Shown piece by piece: positions 24,716-37,554 of a stretch of 64,000 nt of DNA (position 1 is its first letter; each line of letters begins with the position of its first letter). A program made the translations under genes and the position numbers. The stretch comes from Rhizophagus irregularis (Eukaryota), in NCBI RefSeq assembly GCF_026210795.1, contig NC_089435.1:1240001-1304000 (forward strand). Reading direction: 5' to 3'. The notes under the pieces were generated by a model that worked only from the letters and a program-made list of their open reading frames with translations, was not told the origin of the DNA and made no database searches.

Positions 24716-27307
24716 ATGTCTAATAACACTGAATCTAATATACCCGTAAAATTTACTGAAAATTCAAATAATGAGTGGATTAATTGGATTGAAGAAGCCA
24801 TTGCAAAAGATTACTTTAAATATTATGAACTCAATCATTTTAGTAATTTTCAAGAAATTGGGTTTGGAGGGTTTGGGAAAGTTTACCGTGTGAACTGGAA
24901 AAGTTCTCCTAATTATTTGGCATTAAAATCTTTTTTCAATTTTAACAACGTCACAATTAAAGAAATAGTTAAAGACTTAAAGAGGTAATAATAAAATAAT
25001 TATTACCTTATAATTTATATAACTTCTAATTTAAAATTCTATTTAGCTTAAAATTCAACGTGAAGTGGATTTTCATGAGAATATTATTCGTTTCTGTGGT
25101 ATTGCAACAGGTACAATATACTTTCTTTTCATGCATAATTTGATTGTAAAATCTAAATTTATTATTATTATTTTTTTTTACAAAGAAAATCAAATTGATA
25201 ATTCAAAAAAATATTGGTTAGTAATGGAGTATGCAGATGGAGGTACTCTTCGAGAATATTTGAAGGAACATTTTGATAATCTTACTTGGAATAATAAATT
25301 TAATATGGCACTTCAGTTGGCTTGTGCTATATTATGCTTACACGATGAAGGAATTATTCACCATGATCTGGTAATTCATTTGTTTACATTTTGTTATTTC
25401 ATGTTTGCTGAATTGTAATTAATGAATTTATTGTATTTAATAATATTAATAGCATTCCAAAAATGTATTAGTTCATCAAAATATGGTTAAATTAGCTGAT
25501 TTTGGTCTATCAAAAAGAATTGAGGAATCATCCAACCTTTCTTCAACGAAATTATTTGGAGTAATTCCTTATATTGACCCGAAAAGTTTTAGTGATCAAG
25601 ATTATAAATTAAATAAAAAAAAGTGATATTTATAGTATTGGGATACTTTTATGGGAGATAACTAGTAGCAATCCTCCTTTTTATACTGAAGGTAAACCGT
25701 ATGACGTTTGTTTAGCAATTAATATATCACAAGGTCTTAGAGAGACACCCATTCCTGATACACCCGAAGATTGTGTAAATATTTATACTGGTAAATATAA
25801 TTAATAATTAATTTTATGTTTATATTAATGTTAATTAAATTAATTCTATCTTTTTTTTTTAGATTGTTGGAATAATGAACCAGATAATCGTCCAACTATC
25901 AATCAGGTAGTCTTTAAATTAAATGCAATTATTCTGAAGAATAATAATATGGTTATAAAAGATTTTCGGCAGACAAATGATTCTTATACAAACCAATTAT
26001 CCAGTAAACAACAACTCGATTTGAATGCTTTTGAAGATCCTATGAATAATTCATCACATGGAGAATTATCCAAATTTATTCAAGAGTTTAACAAGATGAA
26101 TACTAAAGAAATAGATTCTTCAATATCATCAAATATTAACTTTATGGTGACAGTTGATGAAATGGTTGAACTTTCTGATAAGTTAAGCGTAGATGATGAT
26201 GAATTAGAAAGACTACTTATTTATAATTATCTTAATAATCATAATATGACCTCACAGGAAATTTATATTTACTTATTAAATAATCAAAATCATTCAAATT
26301 CTATTGTTTTACTTGGAGATTTTAATTATTTAGGAATTGAAATTAATATTGATAAAAAAAAGGCATTTGAATTATATCAGGTAGCTGCAAATTCAGGAAG
26401 TATTATAGCACAATATAATCTTGGTTGCTGTTATCTACATGGGAATGGTGATTATAAAGATTACAATAAAGCTTTTGAATTATTTAAAAAATTAGCTGAA
26501 AGAGAATATTCAAAAGGAATAAACTATTTAGGATTTTGTTACAGAAGAGGAATTGGAACTGATATTGATGAAAAAAAAGCATTTGAATTACATCATAAGG
26601 CAACAGATTTAGGAAATACGATTGGAATAAATAATTTAGGACATTGTTATGAAGAAGGAATTGGAACTGATATTGATGGAAAAAAAGCATTTGAATTATA
26701 TCAAAAGGCAGCAGATTTAGGAAATGCATATGGAATAAATAATTTAGGACATTGTTATAAAAAAGGAATTGGAACTGATATTGATGAAAAAAAGGCATTT
26801 GAATTATATCAAAAGGTAGTAGATTTAGGAAATGCGATTGGAATAAATAATTTAGGACATTGTTATGAAAAAGGAATTGGAACTGATATTGATGAAAAAA
26901 AGGCATTTGAATTATATCAAAAGGTAGCAGATTTAGGAAATGTAATTGGAATAAATAATTTAGGACATTGTTATGAAAAAGGAATTGGAACTGATATTGA
27001 TGGAAAAAAAGCATTTGAATTATATCAAAAGGCAGCAGACTTAGGAAATACATATGGAATAAATAATTTAGGATATTGTTATGAAAAAGGAACTGGAACT
27101 GATATTGATGAAAAAAAGGCATTTGAATTATATCAAAAGGCAGCAGATTTAGGAAATATTACAGCTCAATATAATCTTGCTTTTATGTATGAGAGTGGAA
27201 CAGGAATTCTTAAAGATATTAATCAAGCAATTTACTGGTATAAAAAATCTGCATTACAAGGAGATAAAGATGCTCAAAATAGATTAGAACAAATTCATGC
27301 AAAGTAA
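24716..27307 (+). CDS. Tyrosine-kinase-like protein kinase fused to Sel1-like repeats (5 exons); apparent +1 frameshift at an A-run ~25615-25622
   Basis: GFGGFGKVY, ALK, HENIIRFCG, LVMEYADGGTL, IIHHDL|HSKN, KLADFGLSK, GVIPYIDP, (frameshift) SDIYSIG, CWNNEPDNRP; C-terminal KAFELYQKAADLGN..NNLGHCYEKGIGT repeats. Confidence 0.85.
26510..27160 (+). repeat. Six near-identical 108-bp Sel1 repeat units
   Basis: GGAA(T/C)TGGAACTGATATTGAT at 26549, 26657 and onward with 108-bp period. Confidence 0.95.
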
Positions 27308-27618
27308 ATTGAGAATATTTTTGCTTAAATGTTTAAATAAAATAAATAAGCAGATACTATTATAGAATTTATTTCATTTATTTCATTTGTTTTTTTTTTG
27401 AAGTATTGTATATTAAAGTAATAAGATTTATCTTATAATTGGAATTTTGATTTAAATTTTACTTCACGTCTTGTAAATTTAAAAAGTTTAAAAAACATGA
27501 ACCTTATAATTTATCATTTGGAAAAAGTTTCTTTACCTATAATATCTTTTATTATTTCCAAATAATATACCGATTTAACAAGATTCAAAAGATTTCGTTA
27601 TTGGTTTTTACTTCAAAT

Positions 27619-30066
27619 TAGTGTTTCGATCCGGGCAGAAACCATCATCCAGATAAATTAAAAAAAATATCCAGTTTCTATCCGGATTATCTGACTCGGA
27701 TAAGAATCCAGATATATCCGGGTAGAAACCGAAATCCGGATAAAATTATTTAAATTTTTTTTACTGTAGATCATTTTTAATAAATAAAATTTGTGGCATT
27801 CATTTAATTTAATGTGGCATTTAATTAATTAAATATATGGCATTTAATTAACTACTAAATTCGTGGCATTTATTAAATTTATGACAATTAAATTTCGTGG
27901 GATTGATATAAAAATTTATTTATAGCATTTATTTTTTTATTTATAAATTTAAGTACAGTTAGTTAATGTAGTCCTAAGCCCTAACCAAAATAAATAATTA
28001 CTGTAATCATTTTCTTGGATTTTTTTGTAATTTCACTTGAAACATATTTTTGAATAGTGGAAAATAATTCATAAAATTATGGAAAACAGTAACGTTCAAG
28101 ATTATATTACTCTAAGTGAAAATGAAGAGTCCAGTGATGAAGTTACAGAAATTGCTCTAATACTAAAAAGAGGATGACCTAAAAAATTATCTAGGACACT
28201 TGGAAAATAAAGGATGATAAGTGCTAGTAAAATAAGTTAACTGTACTTGAATTAACAAGTCAAATATCAAATAATCCAAATCCCTTTAAACTAACTACTA
28301 CAATGACTAAACCACAAACAAAAGTGAGTTTGGTATGGGAATATTTTGTTAGAAAACAAAGTGAAAATGGAGAAATACGTGCATATTGTCAGTTTATATC
28401 AGATAATGGAGAAAATGTACAAAAAGTTATAAATATGATGGATCTGTTGTTAAGCATGGAATAACACCACCCACAGAACACATTATATCTGAAAACAAAT
28501 CAATAATAAATGCCGCGAATTTAATATATTAAATTCAAATTATGTGACAAATCTTGTGACATAACTTAAAATTTTTCCTTGTGGTTAACGAATAATTGAA
28601 ACAATAAAAAAATATCTAAAGTAATCATATATATTTTAACTCATCTGAAAATATATGAAATGTTATGATTTAAATTTTTTTAAAATTTTTTTTTATTTTT
28701 TATCCAGATTCCGGGTCAATCCGACCATTTTTTATCCAGATATTTATCCGGGTAAAAACTGTAATTATCCGGATACCTAAAAAAAAAAAATTATCCGGGT
28801 TTATCCAGTTGAACCCGGCAATAGATCGAAATAGTGTTTCGATCCAGGCAGAAACCGTCATCCGGATAAATTAAAAAAAATATCCAGTTTCTATCCGGAT
28901 TATCTGACTCGGATAAAAATCCGGATATATCCGGGTAGAAACTGAAATCCGGATAAAATTATTTAAATTTTTTTTACTGTAGATCATTTTTAATAAATAA
29001 AATTCGTGGCATTCATTTAATTTAATGTGGCATTTAATTAATTAAATATATGGCATTTAATTAACTACTAAATTCGTGGCATTTATTAAATTTATGACAA
29101 TTAAATTTCGTGGGATTGATATAAAAATTTATTTATAGCATTTATTTTTTTATTTATAAATTTAAGTACAGTTAGTTAATGTAGTCCTAAGCCCTAACCA
29201 AAATAAATAAATACTGTAATCATTTTCTTGGATTTTTTTGTAATTTCACTTGAAACATATTTTTGAATAGTGGAAAATAATTCATAAAATTATGGAAAAC
29301 AGTAACGTTCAAGATTATATTACTCTAAGTGAAAATGAAGAGTCCAGTGATGAAGTTACAGAAATTACTCTAATACTAAAAAGAGGATGACCTAAAAAAT
29401 TATCTAGGACACTTGGAAAATAAAGGATGATAAGTGCTAGTAAAATAAGTTAACTATACTTGAATTAACAAGTCAAATATCAAATAATCCAAATCCCTTT
29501 AAACTAACTACTACAATGACTAAACCACAAACAAAAGTGAGTTGGGTATGGGAATATTTTGTTAGAAAACAAAGTGAAAATGGAGAAATACGTGCATATT
29601 GTCAGTTTACATCAGATAATGGAGAAAATGTACAAAAAGTTATAAATATGATAGATCTGTTGTTAAGCATGGAATAACACCACCCACAGAACACATTATA
29701 TCTGAAAACAAATCAATAATAAATGCCGCGAATTTAATATATTCAATTCAAATTATGTGACAAATCTTGTGACATAACTTAAAATTTTTCCTTGTGGTTA
29801 ACGAATAATTAAAACAATAAAAAAAAATATTTAAAGTAATCATATATAATATTTTAACTCATCTGAAAATATATGAAATGTTATGATTTAAATTTTTTTA
29901 AAATTTTTTTTTATTTTTTATCCGGATTCCGGGTCAATCTGACCATTTTTTATCCGGATATTTATCCGGGTAAAAACCGTAATTATCCGGATACCTAAAA
30001 AAAAAAATTATCCGGGTTTATCCGGTTGAACCCGGCAACGGATCGAAACACTAGATCGAAACACTA
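27619..30066 (+). mobile_element. Non-autonomous hAT element (outer copy) with a sibling nested in its right TIR
   Basis: Left TIR TAGTGTTTCGATC; right end GATCGAAACACTA; TSD CTTCAAAT (27611-27618, 30067-30074); remnant BED-finger reading KRG*PKK..SLVWEYFVRK..RAYCQF. Confidence 0.92.
28832..30053 (+). mobile_element. Non-autonomous hAT element (inner copy, same family)
   Basis: TIR TAGTGTTTCGATCC / GGATCGAAACACTA; TSD GATCGAAA (28824-28831, 30054-30061); near-identical to 27619-28831. Confidence 0.92.
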
Positions 30067-30072
30067 CTTCAA

Positions 30073-30191
30073 ATCACCGGGGGTGATCATCACCGTTGGC
30101 CAGAATTATCAATTTTTACCGGCACTATATTTTTTTTAATGCTAGTCGATTGTCATAATTTCAGTCACCAGTGATCATCACCCCAGGTGAT
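30073..30191. repeat. ~119-bp dispersed repeat with inverted ends (copy 2)
   Basis: Homologous to 24213-24328, same orientation. Confidence 0.8.
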
Positions 30192-30984
30192 AGTTAGAAA
30201 AATTCTTTGTTAAAAATGATTTTTGTTTTTTAATATAATGATATTTTAAATTCACCAATATATTTTTAAATATATTTTAACTATATACTTTTAATTAAAC
30301 GCTTTTTTATCGATACAATTTTTTGGGCTCTTTTTTATCTGTGATTATTGATAACCATGTGATATAACGCTTCAGAGATGTCAGATGCCAAAAATTTAAA
30401 GAATAGAAAATTGATAACAATATTACAAAACAATCCTTCGCCTCATTCAAACGAAAAGGAAAACATCAAAACAAGGACGCTTTGTTGTTTTCCAGGAACT
30501 ATTTTTCCTCACGATTTATTTACTGTAAGATTACTGATGCAAAATGGATGATACACACATGTGGATTTATTTTACTTCTTCTGATTTTTTACATAATGTA
30601 CCTTGGATTAAATCTTTGAATTCCTTTTTAATTTAATATTTAACCCCTTCAGGTTTGTTTGTTACTTTCTTTTTCTTTTTTAACTCAGGCGGTAGCGTAT
30701 ATCTCCTGTCCTGCAGATTTATTTTTCTGAAGGGTGGATATGATTCGATTGTATTTCGGATAGGTATTATAGCTCAATTTTTAATAGTCGGAGTAGTTGT
30801 TCCTATATCTGCGAAATAGATTTACTAGAATAACTGCTCTTCTTAAAGTAAAATAATTAAAATAATTAAAATAAAATGTAAATCATTTGTTAATATACAT
30901 ATTTTCTTTTTTAATCAATAAATGAATAAAACGCCATTTTATCATAAAACAACTTTTTTTCGTAGTCCTTAAAATATTACCAAG

Positions 30985-31386
30985 TATAAAAGGTAAAGAA
31001 AAAGAAGCAGTAATTCTAAATGTTGAAAATGATGATGCAGAAGACGATGAAACACCAGAAGAAATAAATGTTATTACTAATACTAGAGAAGCCTTGAATA
31101 GTTTAGAAAAGGTGATTAGATATTTTAAAAATCCGCCTGATAATATTGCAACAAATTATACAGAATTAAAGACCTTTAATACTTTAAGATCAAAAATTAA
31201 TGGCGAATTCAAGATGTTTTAATTGCATGAGTATATACATTAATAAATTTCAAAAAACATTTCGTTATAAGATTTTTTTATTTTTATATTAAGTTTACTA
31301 TAATGAGATTTCTCGCTATTGTAAATATTCGTTATAGTAAATAAAAGTAACTGGAACCAAGGGTTTACTATAACGAATTTTGACTG
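30985..31386 (+). mobile_element. 3' fragment of a pogo/Tigger-like Tc1-mariner element
   Basis: Acidic tail reading ENDDAEDDETPEE..REALNSLEKVIRYF; right end TTTACTATAACGAATTTTGACTG|TA with subterminal TTCGTTATA copies. Left TIR not found. Confidence 0.5.
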
Positions 31387-31818
31387 TAAAACAATCCTTT
31401 ATTTTACGACCTGTGTCGATCAGCTGCGGCAATCACTAATATATCAACCAAAAATTCAACTAAGATAATCCGAAACTAAACTAAATTAATCTGATCAACT
31501 ATTGATACTACTAGATTGAACGCCTTTTTATATTTTTAAAAAAGATTTAGTGTATTATAAACCACACTTTTTTAAAAAAAATCCTACAAAACAAAAAGGT
31601 ATCTCAAAAATTTTTATATAGAATAGGATCCATCGTCATAATTGTTTAGACTATGTAGCAATCAGTCTAATTAATAGCTGCATGATCGTCGCGTTTTATG
31701 CTAAATAAAAAAAAAAAAGTTCCCAGCTCACGTTACACACTTTGCGCCATGCCGCCATCCTTAGGTATAAATGAAGTGATACTTGTAAACCGTAGATTTT
31801 CTTTTTATAAAAAAAAAA

Positions 31819-33222
31819 ATGTTGAAACTTAATAGAGACATTATTTTTTTAATTTTAAAAGAATTACAAAATGATCACAAATCTTTTTATTCATGTCTCT
31901 TAGTTAATAGAACTTGGTGTGAAATGGCAGTACCAATTTTATGGAGGGATCCTGCCAAAATATTTGGATGTTGTTTAAATATAAAACCGTTTAAAAATAT
32001 ATTTAACGTAATACTTTCACATTTATCAGAAGAATCAAGAGATTATTTGAAGATTCAAGGAATTGATGTTTTTAAAGAAATATATCAACAACCTTTATTT
32101 AATTATATTAGTTTTTGGAAATGTTTGGATTTATGTTTTTTAGATTATATGGTTGCATTAACAGATATTGAAGAAAATATGAAATATATTTTAGGAAAGA
32201 AAATATTGAAATTATTTATTAATAGTGATTCAAAATTTTTTTCTCTTTCTATTTCAGAATTACAATATTTAAATATTTTAGGGACTGAACAGTGCTTTTC
32301 AGAAATCGAATATTTTTATTCTGATAATAATGCTAATAGTAATATTTTAAAAGGATTGGCTAAAATAAATACATCAATTAAAAAATTGGAATTTTATATT
32401 ATGTATATCGACGACGATGATCATGGAATCGTTAAATTAATTGAAGTTCAAAAAAGCTTAAAAGAAGTCATCTTTAGGAATTCAAGGGGAACTAATGAAA
32501 CCTATTGCAAATTACTTGAAAACTCACTAATTACGTATGCAAATAGTGTACAATATTTGAGAATAGATTGGAAGCCTATCACAGAATTTCTTTCAAATTT
32601 TGTAAATTTAGTAAGTTTAGATTTAATGGATCATTCTTATGATTATTTCAAAACTTGGAATAATTTAGAAAAAGCATCATTTCCTTTTTTAAAATTTTTA
32701 AAATCTGAACGAGTTCCACCTTGGGTTTTAGCAAATTTAATTAAAAATACAAAAGGTCATCTCATTAAAATTAATATTTTTAATTATCAAGATGTTGATG
32801 ATGGAAGACTTATCAAAGCAATTTATCAAAATTGTCCGAAGCTTAATTATCTTAGATTACAATTATCAAATGAATATGTTTCAGATTTTGAAAGTTTATT
32901 AATCAATTGTCAATTTTTATTTAAATTAGATATTATTGGTATGGATAACTTTAATTGGAATAAATTATTTGACATATTGACAAAATTTTCACCAATTAAC
33001 TTGTACAAGTTTACATTTTCTGCTTTTAATTATGGGGGTCTTAAATTAGAATCTTTGAAATTATTTCTTGATAATTGGAATGAAAGGCATCCTGTGTTAT
33101 TAGAAATTCATTCGGGAGATATAACAATAAGAGACTTAATGAAAAAATATAAAACAAAAGGTGTGATTAAAGAATATGTTCTTAGTTCGGATGAGTGGTT
33201 ATACATTCAATTGGATTATTAG
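31819..33222 (+). CDS. F-box / RNI-like LRR protein (single exon, 467 aa)
   Basis: F-box-like start LNRDIIFLILKEL..SCLLVNRTWCEMAVPILW; LRR-like IYQNCPKLNYL, LLINCQFL. Confidence 0.88.
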   Translation: MLKLNRDIIFLILKELQNDHKSFYSCLLVNRTWCEMAVPILWRDPAKIFGCCLNIKPFKNIFNVILSHLSEESRDYLKIQGIDVFKEIYQQPLFNYISFWKCLDLCFLDYMVALTDIEENMKYILGKKILKLFINSDSKFFSLSISELQYLNILGTEQCFSEIEYFYSDNNANSNILKGLAKINTSIKKLEFYIMYIDDDDHGIVKLIEVQKSLKEVIFRNSRGTNETYCKLLENSLITYANSVQYLRIDWKPITEFLSNFVNLVSLDLMDHSYDYFKTWNNLEKASFPFLKFLKSERVPPWVLANLIKNTKGHLIKINIFNYQDVDDGRLIKAIYQNCPKLNYLRLQLSNEYVSDFESLLINCQFLFKLDIIGMDNFNWNKLFDILTKFSPINLYKFTFSAFNYGGLKLESLKLFLDNWNERHPVLLEIHSGDITIRDLMKKYKTKGVIKEYVLSSDEWLYIQLDY

Positions 33223-34570
33223 GCATGTAAAAAGATGGGCCAATAGTTATGGCACATAGACATCAGCAAGGCCATCTCATTGATAATGAATAATATATTA
33301 AAAAGTAAAATAGCATAAAAATTGGTGACAAAATTTGTCACCATATACGATTATCTCTTATTAAATAACTAAATTTGATTAATTATTACTTTATGTTAGG
33401 TTGGAGATGATATAACTGTTCTAAGAATTGCTGTAGAACTGTATCTTTTTTTCCCTCGTGACTTTTTTCTTTAATTTTTTTTTTCTACAAGAAATTGTTA
33501 CTTCACTTTATGTTAATATTGATTTTACTTATTCATATTACAATAAAACATTTTTAACAAATCACTTTATAAATATATTTACAATATTATTTAATCAAAA
33601 AATTCCTATATATCAATATCCGTATTTTAATTGTAAACAATTTACTTAGTTTACAACTACAGTACTCTTGACTTACACAATACGTCATACACGACATGCA
33701 TTTTCTGTAGAGCCATTTTGTTGATCAAAGTTTAATTGAGGAAAAATCCCGAATTTTTTCTAACATGCAAGCACAAAATAGAGGTTTTTTAATGAATTTA
33801 TTTCACTTCTAAGCTTTTGAAAAGGTTCTCAATCAGCTAAAAGAATCGAAGGGATGAAAAATAGGAAAAAAGAAAGTTGGTAAGGATAATGTGGCCCATG
33901 GAAATCATTTGAAAGATACTCTCCCCCAAAGAATAATAATATAATGCAAAATTATATTCACGCAAAAGCTGTTGCTAGGGATTATTAGAACCGGCAGACT
34001 CATTAGTGATTCACCCCAATTCGGTTCAAATGTTGAACTGATAAATTAAAAAATAACGAAAAAAAAATATATTTATTATACGAGAATGAACACTTTTAAT
34101 CAGTTTTTGAATGCATCTAATAATCCTCTTAATAGGCTGGTTTCAATTATTTGGAAAATCATTAAAGTGAATTTGCATATTTTTTTAAAAAAAATATATC
34201 CTTAATGATTTAACCAACATTTTCTCAATTTCTTGCATTGTTGGGGTTAGCTATTTGGTCACGACCAAACGACCAAACGAGGAACAATTGGCGGGTATGT
34301 CTTTTTTTAATGTAGGTTTAACCAACATTGGATTAGATATTTATGCAGTTATCGACTTTCGGCTAACTGGTTAAATGTTACTGCGAGATAAATATTTATC
34401 TTTTTATATTAATTAATAAGATAGACGGGATTAAACGATCTGGTGTTAATGTATATTTTTGGATCACTTTATGAATTTATAAATTTATAATAAAAAAATT
34501 TATTCTTTGAAAATAAATAATAATGATAATATTAATTACAAAAAACCTTATGAAAACAAATATGATAGTA

Positions 34571-36027
34571 TTAATTTTTAATTACTCGAAATACTTCATA
34601 ATCAACTACTTTCATCGTGTTTGGTAAATTAAGTGTAGGATAAGAACTTACACGACTATACCAAATATTAGTAGCAATATTATAATCAACATATAAATCA
34701 AAATTACCAAATGCTGGACCATAATTTGAAAGATATCTTACAGAATATTGATCACCATTACTATAAACTACTTTTGCACTCTGTAGGTTAGTTTTATCAG
34801 TAAATGAAAATATAAAATTATCTTTTGTAGACATATTTTCACCACTTGAATTCCATAAAAGTGAATTATATCCGCCAACTATTTGTTCTGAATTTTCAAT
34901 CTTTACTACAACTATAGTAGCTCCCTTGTTATCACATCTAGTATGAAATTCTTCAGCACTATTACCATCTCTGCTAGCTCTATATAAAAGAATTAATTTA
35001 TAGTTAACCTTTCCCTTTTTCCTATCAATCCAATTTGCAAATAATAAAGTATGTTTTGTATTAATTAAAACTGAATCAACGGAATTTCTTAATAAAATAT
35101 TATTTGGTGTATATCCAGGAATCATGTAAAATTTTAAAATTTCTCCTTTAATTTCTTTTGGTAAAATTTTCTCGAGAGGTCTAACTTTATAAAAATAATC
35201 TTCAGAAGAAATATCATAAAATCTAATTAATGGTATAAATTTATGAATTATTTTTTCAAAAGTATTGAAATTATCTTGATTCCATTTAGAAACATCTTCG
35301 TTAAGAGTTTTTTCTTGTGCTAAACCCCATTTAATTAAATTTTCCCAAATTTTAATTTCAATCAAGTTTAAATCATCTCGGTTCAAAATAATTTCCAATA
35401 AAGGAGCAGGTAAATTGACAAACTTGGCAGAGTTAAAGAAATTTTTAGGTTCAAAACAAATCGATTTTAAACAAAATTCTTGTATATTATTACCAAGAGA
35501 TTTATTGTAATAAACCATTTGAAGAACTTCAACTGGATCATCTTGTAAGAAATTTTGATTTTCAATAAGAGAATCTTCAATATGCCTAATTAACTGGTTC
35601 AACTTTAATTCATCAGAAGTGATCATAACGTTTAAAATCTCAATTCCAGTTTTATTTTTTACGTTAATTTTCCCAGTAGAAAGATACCTGTTTAGATTAA
35701 AATTAAATGATTGTATTAAAATATAGACGAATATATATAAATATACATATTATAATGATTAAATAGTTACTTAATAATAACATTAAAGACTTGAGGGGTG
35801 GCATCTGGTATCTTTATTACATATTTTTCATCTTTTTTCTCAATATTTTTATCGGATAAAATTCTTTTAAAATAATCAGATTTACTACGCATAATTTTAG
35901 AATTCGATTGAAATTCTTTAAAATCTGGTTCTTTTCCAACGTAAATAATAACATCGTTATCTTTGACTTCTTTAGGTTCTTTAGTTTTAAATTTACTGAA
36001 AGCTCTCGTAACAAGTTTACGTGACAT
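34571..36027 (-). CDS. BTB/POZ-BACK-TLDc protein, 2 exons, apparently intact
   Basis: Exon 1 DVIIYVGKEP..RSKSDYF; intron ~35770-35689; exon 2 YLSTGKI..IWENLIKWG..LLYRASRDG..FHTRCDNKG..DYEVFRV. Confidence 0.88.
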
Positions 36028-37554
36028 GTTTATAAGTTTACTATTTTTTTAAATAAAAAAAAAAGATAAAAAATAACGCGGACGAGGTTTCATGAGCATT
36101 TTCTATAATAGTATTTATAATAGCATCATTATAAACACAAATATAGACTTCATTGCATCATTTGTTTTGTAGATCATTGTCACCTGATATGGTAGATATC
36201 TATTTACTATAAATACGTGACTACGTGATGTAAAATTTGTGATCTGTAATTCATCACTACAAATATTTCCAAATATCCAAATATAGTGAAAAAATAAAAA
36301 AAGGATCTACATTATTAAGATTTACTGTATGTCACTTTTGAGTAATATCTATGTAGTTGTATAATTAAATATATAATCCACCTGATATCAAATGATTCGA
36401 GTTACTCACGCAACTTTAGAAAGGTAGCAAAATTACTATGATATGATGCGTTTTTAATATATTGAGTATATAAAATTGAAAAAAAGAAATTATAAATAAT
36501 TATTTGAGGAGGATTTATGAAATTTGGCAAAAACCACTGCTACGCCCTCGGGAATTAAAAATGACTTACAGAAACATGTGATACATGTGATATCGATTAA
36601 AAGCTTTTTCCCTAAACAATGTCAAATAATGACATCTAATTTGAATAATTGAACACATTTATTATTTTGCTTATTCATATTAAAATTAAAATTATTATAT
36701 TCCATGAATTTCTAGTTATAAACGAATAAATATACATAAAATTTTTAAGGATATTATGATTTAAAATTCTACCCAACATTGTTCCCACTCATTTAATTTG
36801 CTACATTGTTAAAAAAAAAATTCAGTTAAACTACTCCAAGCCAATTCTTTGTTTGACAAAAAAAATTATTCCCGTTTTGTGGTTACAAACAATATTTTTT
36901 TGGAATTTTTATAAAAAGTTAACATTATACAAAATTTTAAACTTTAAAGACAGGAAAAAAATTCAAAAATAAAAGGTTTTATAATTTTATAGATAAAATG
37001 TAAATGGGAAATTTTTTTATTTATGATTCTCGTTCCTGACATTTGCTTTGCCGTGAATTTAACATTCCGATCTAAATAAATAAAATAAATAAACTAATTA
37101 TAAATAAAAAACAGTACCAAATTCACAGATAATTTATTTAAAATATTAAGCTTTTTTAATAAAATATAAATAAAAAAATGTGAGTGTAAAAATAACTACA
37201 AATAAATTTTTGAAATGTTATTTATTTTAATCGTAAAATTATAAATTCAGATATTTATGTCATGGTACAATGATATTTAGTTGGATATGAAATACAGTTA
37301 TTTATATTTTTTTAAAAATTCTTTATGTAACACACTCACACTATCGGGTGAGATCAAAAAGGAAAGTGCAGAGCTGAAGGAAGAGAACGTGTATGATCAC
37401 CGAAAAAATCTTTCATTTTAAATATGGTAGTGACCCGAATTATTACGACTAAATATCCCTATGATTTCATACTGTGCACATTTTATTTGTTACACTCATT
37501 TACGCCATATAAAAATTAAATAAAGGGTGGGTTAAATTTTCTTCAATTTAAAAA

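Noticed and set aside
26484..27122. 212-aa antisense repetitive ORF
   Set aside because: Mirror of the Sel1 repeats; one stop-free unit repeated yields a long ORF by construction.
30520..30880. Possible LINE 3' tail ending in AAAATAATT repeats
   Set aside because: No TSD or coding remnant could be verified.
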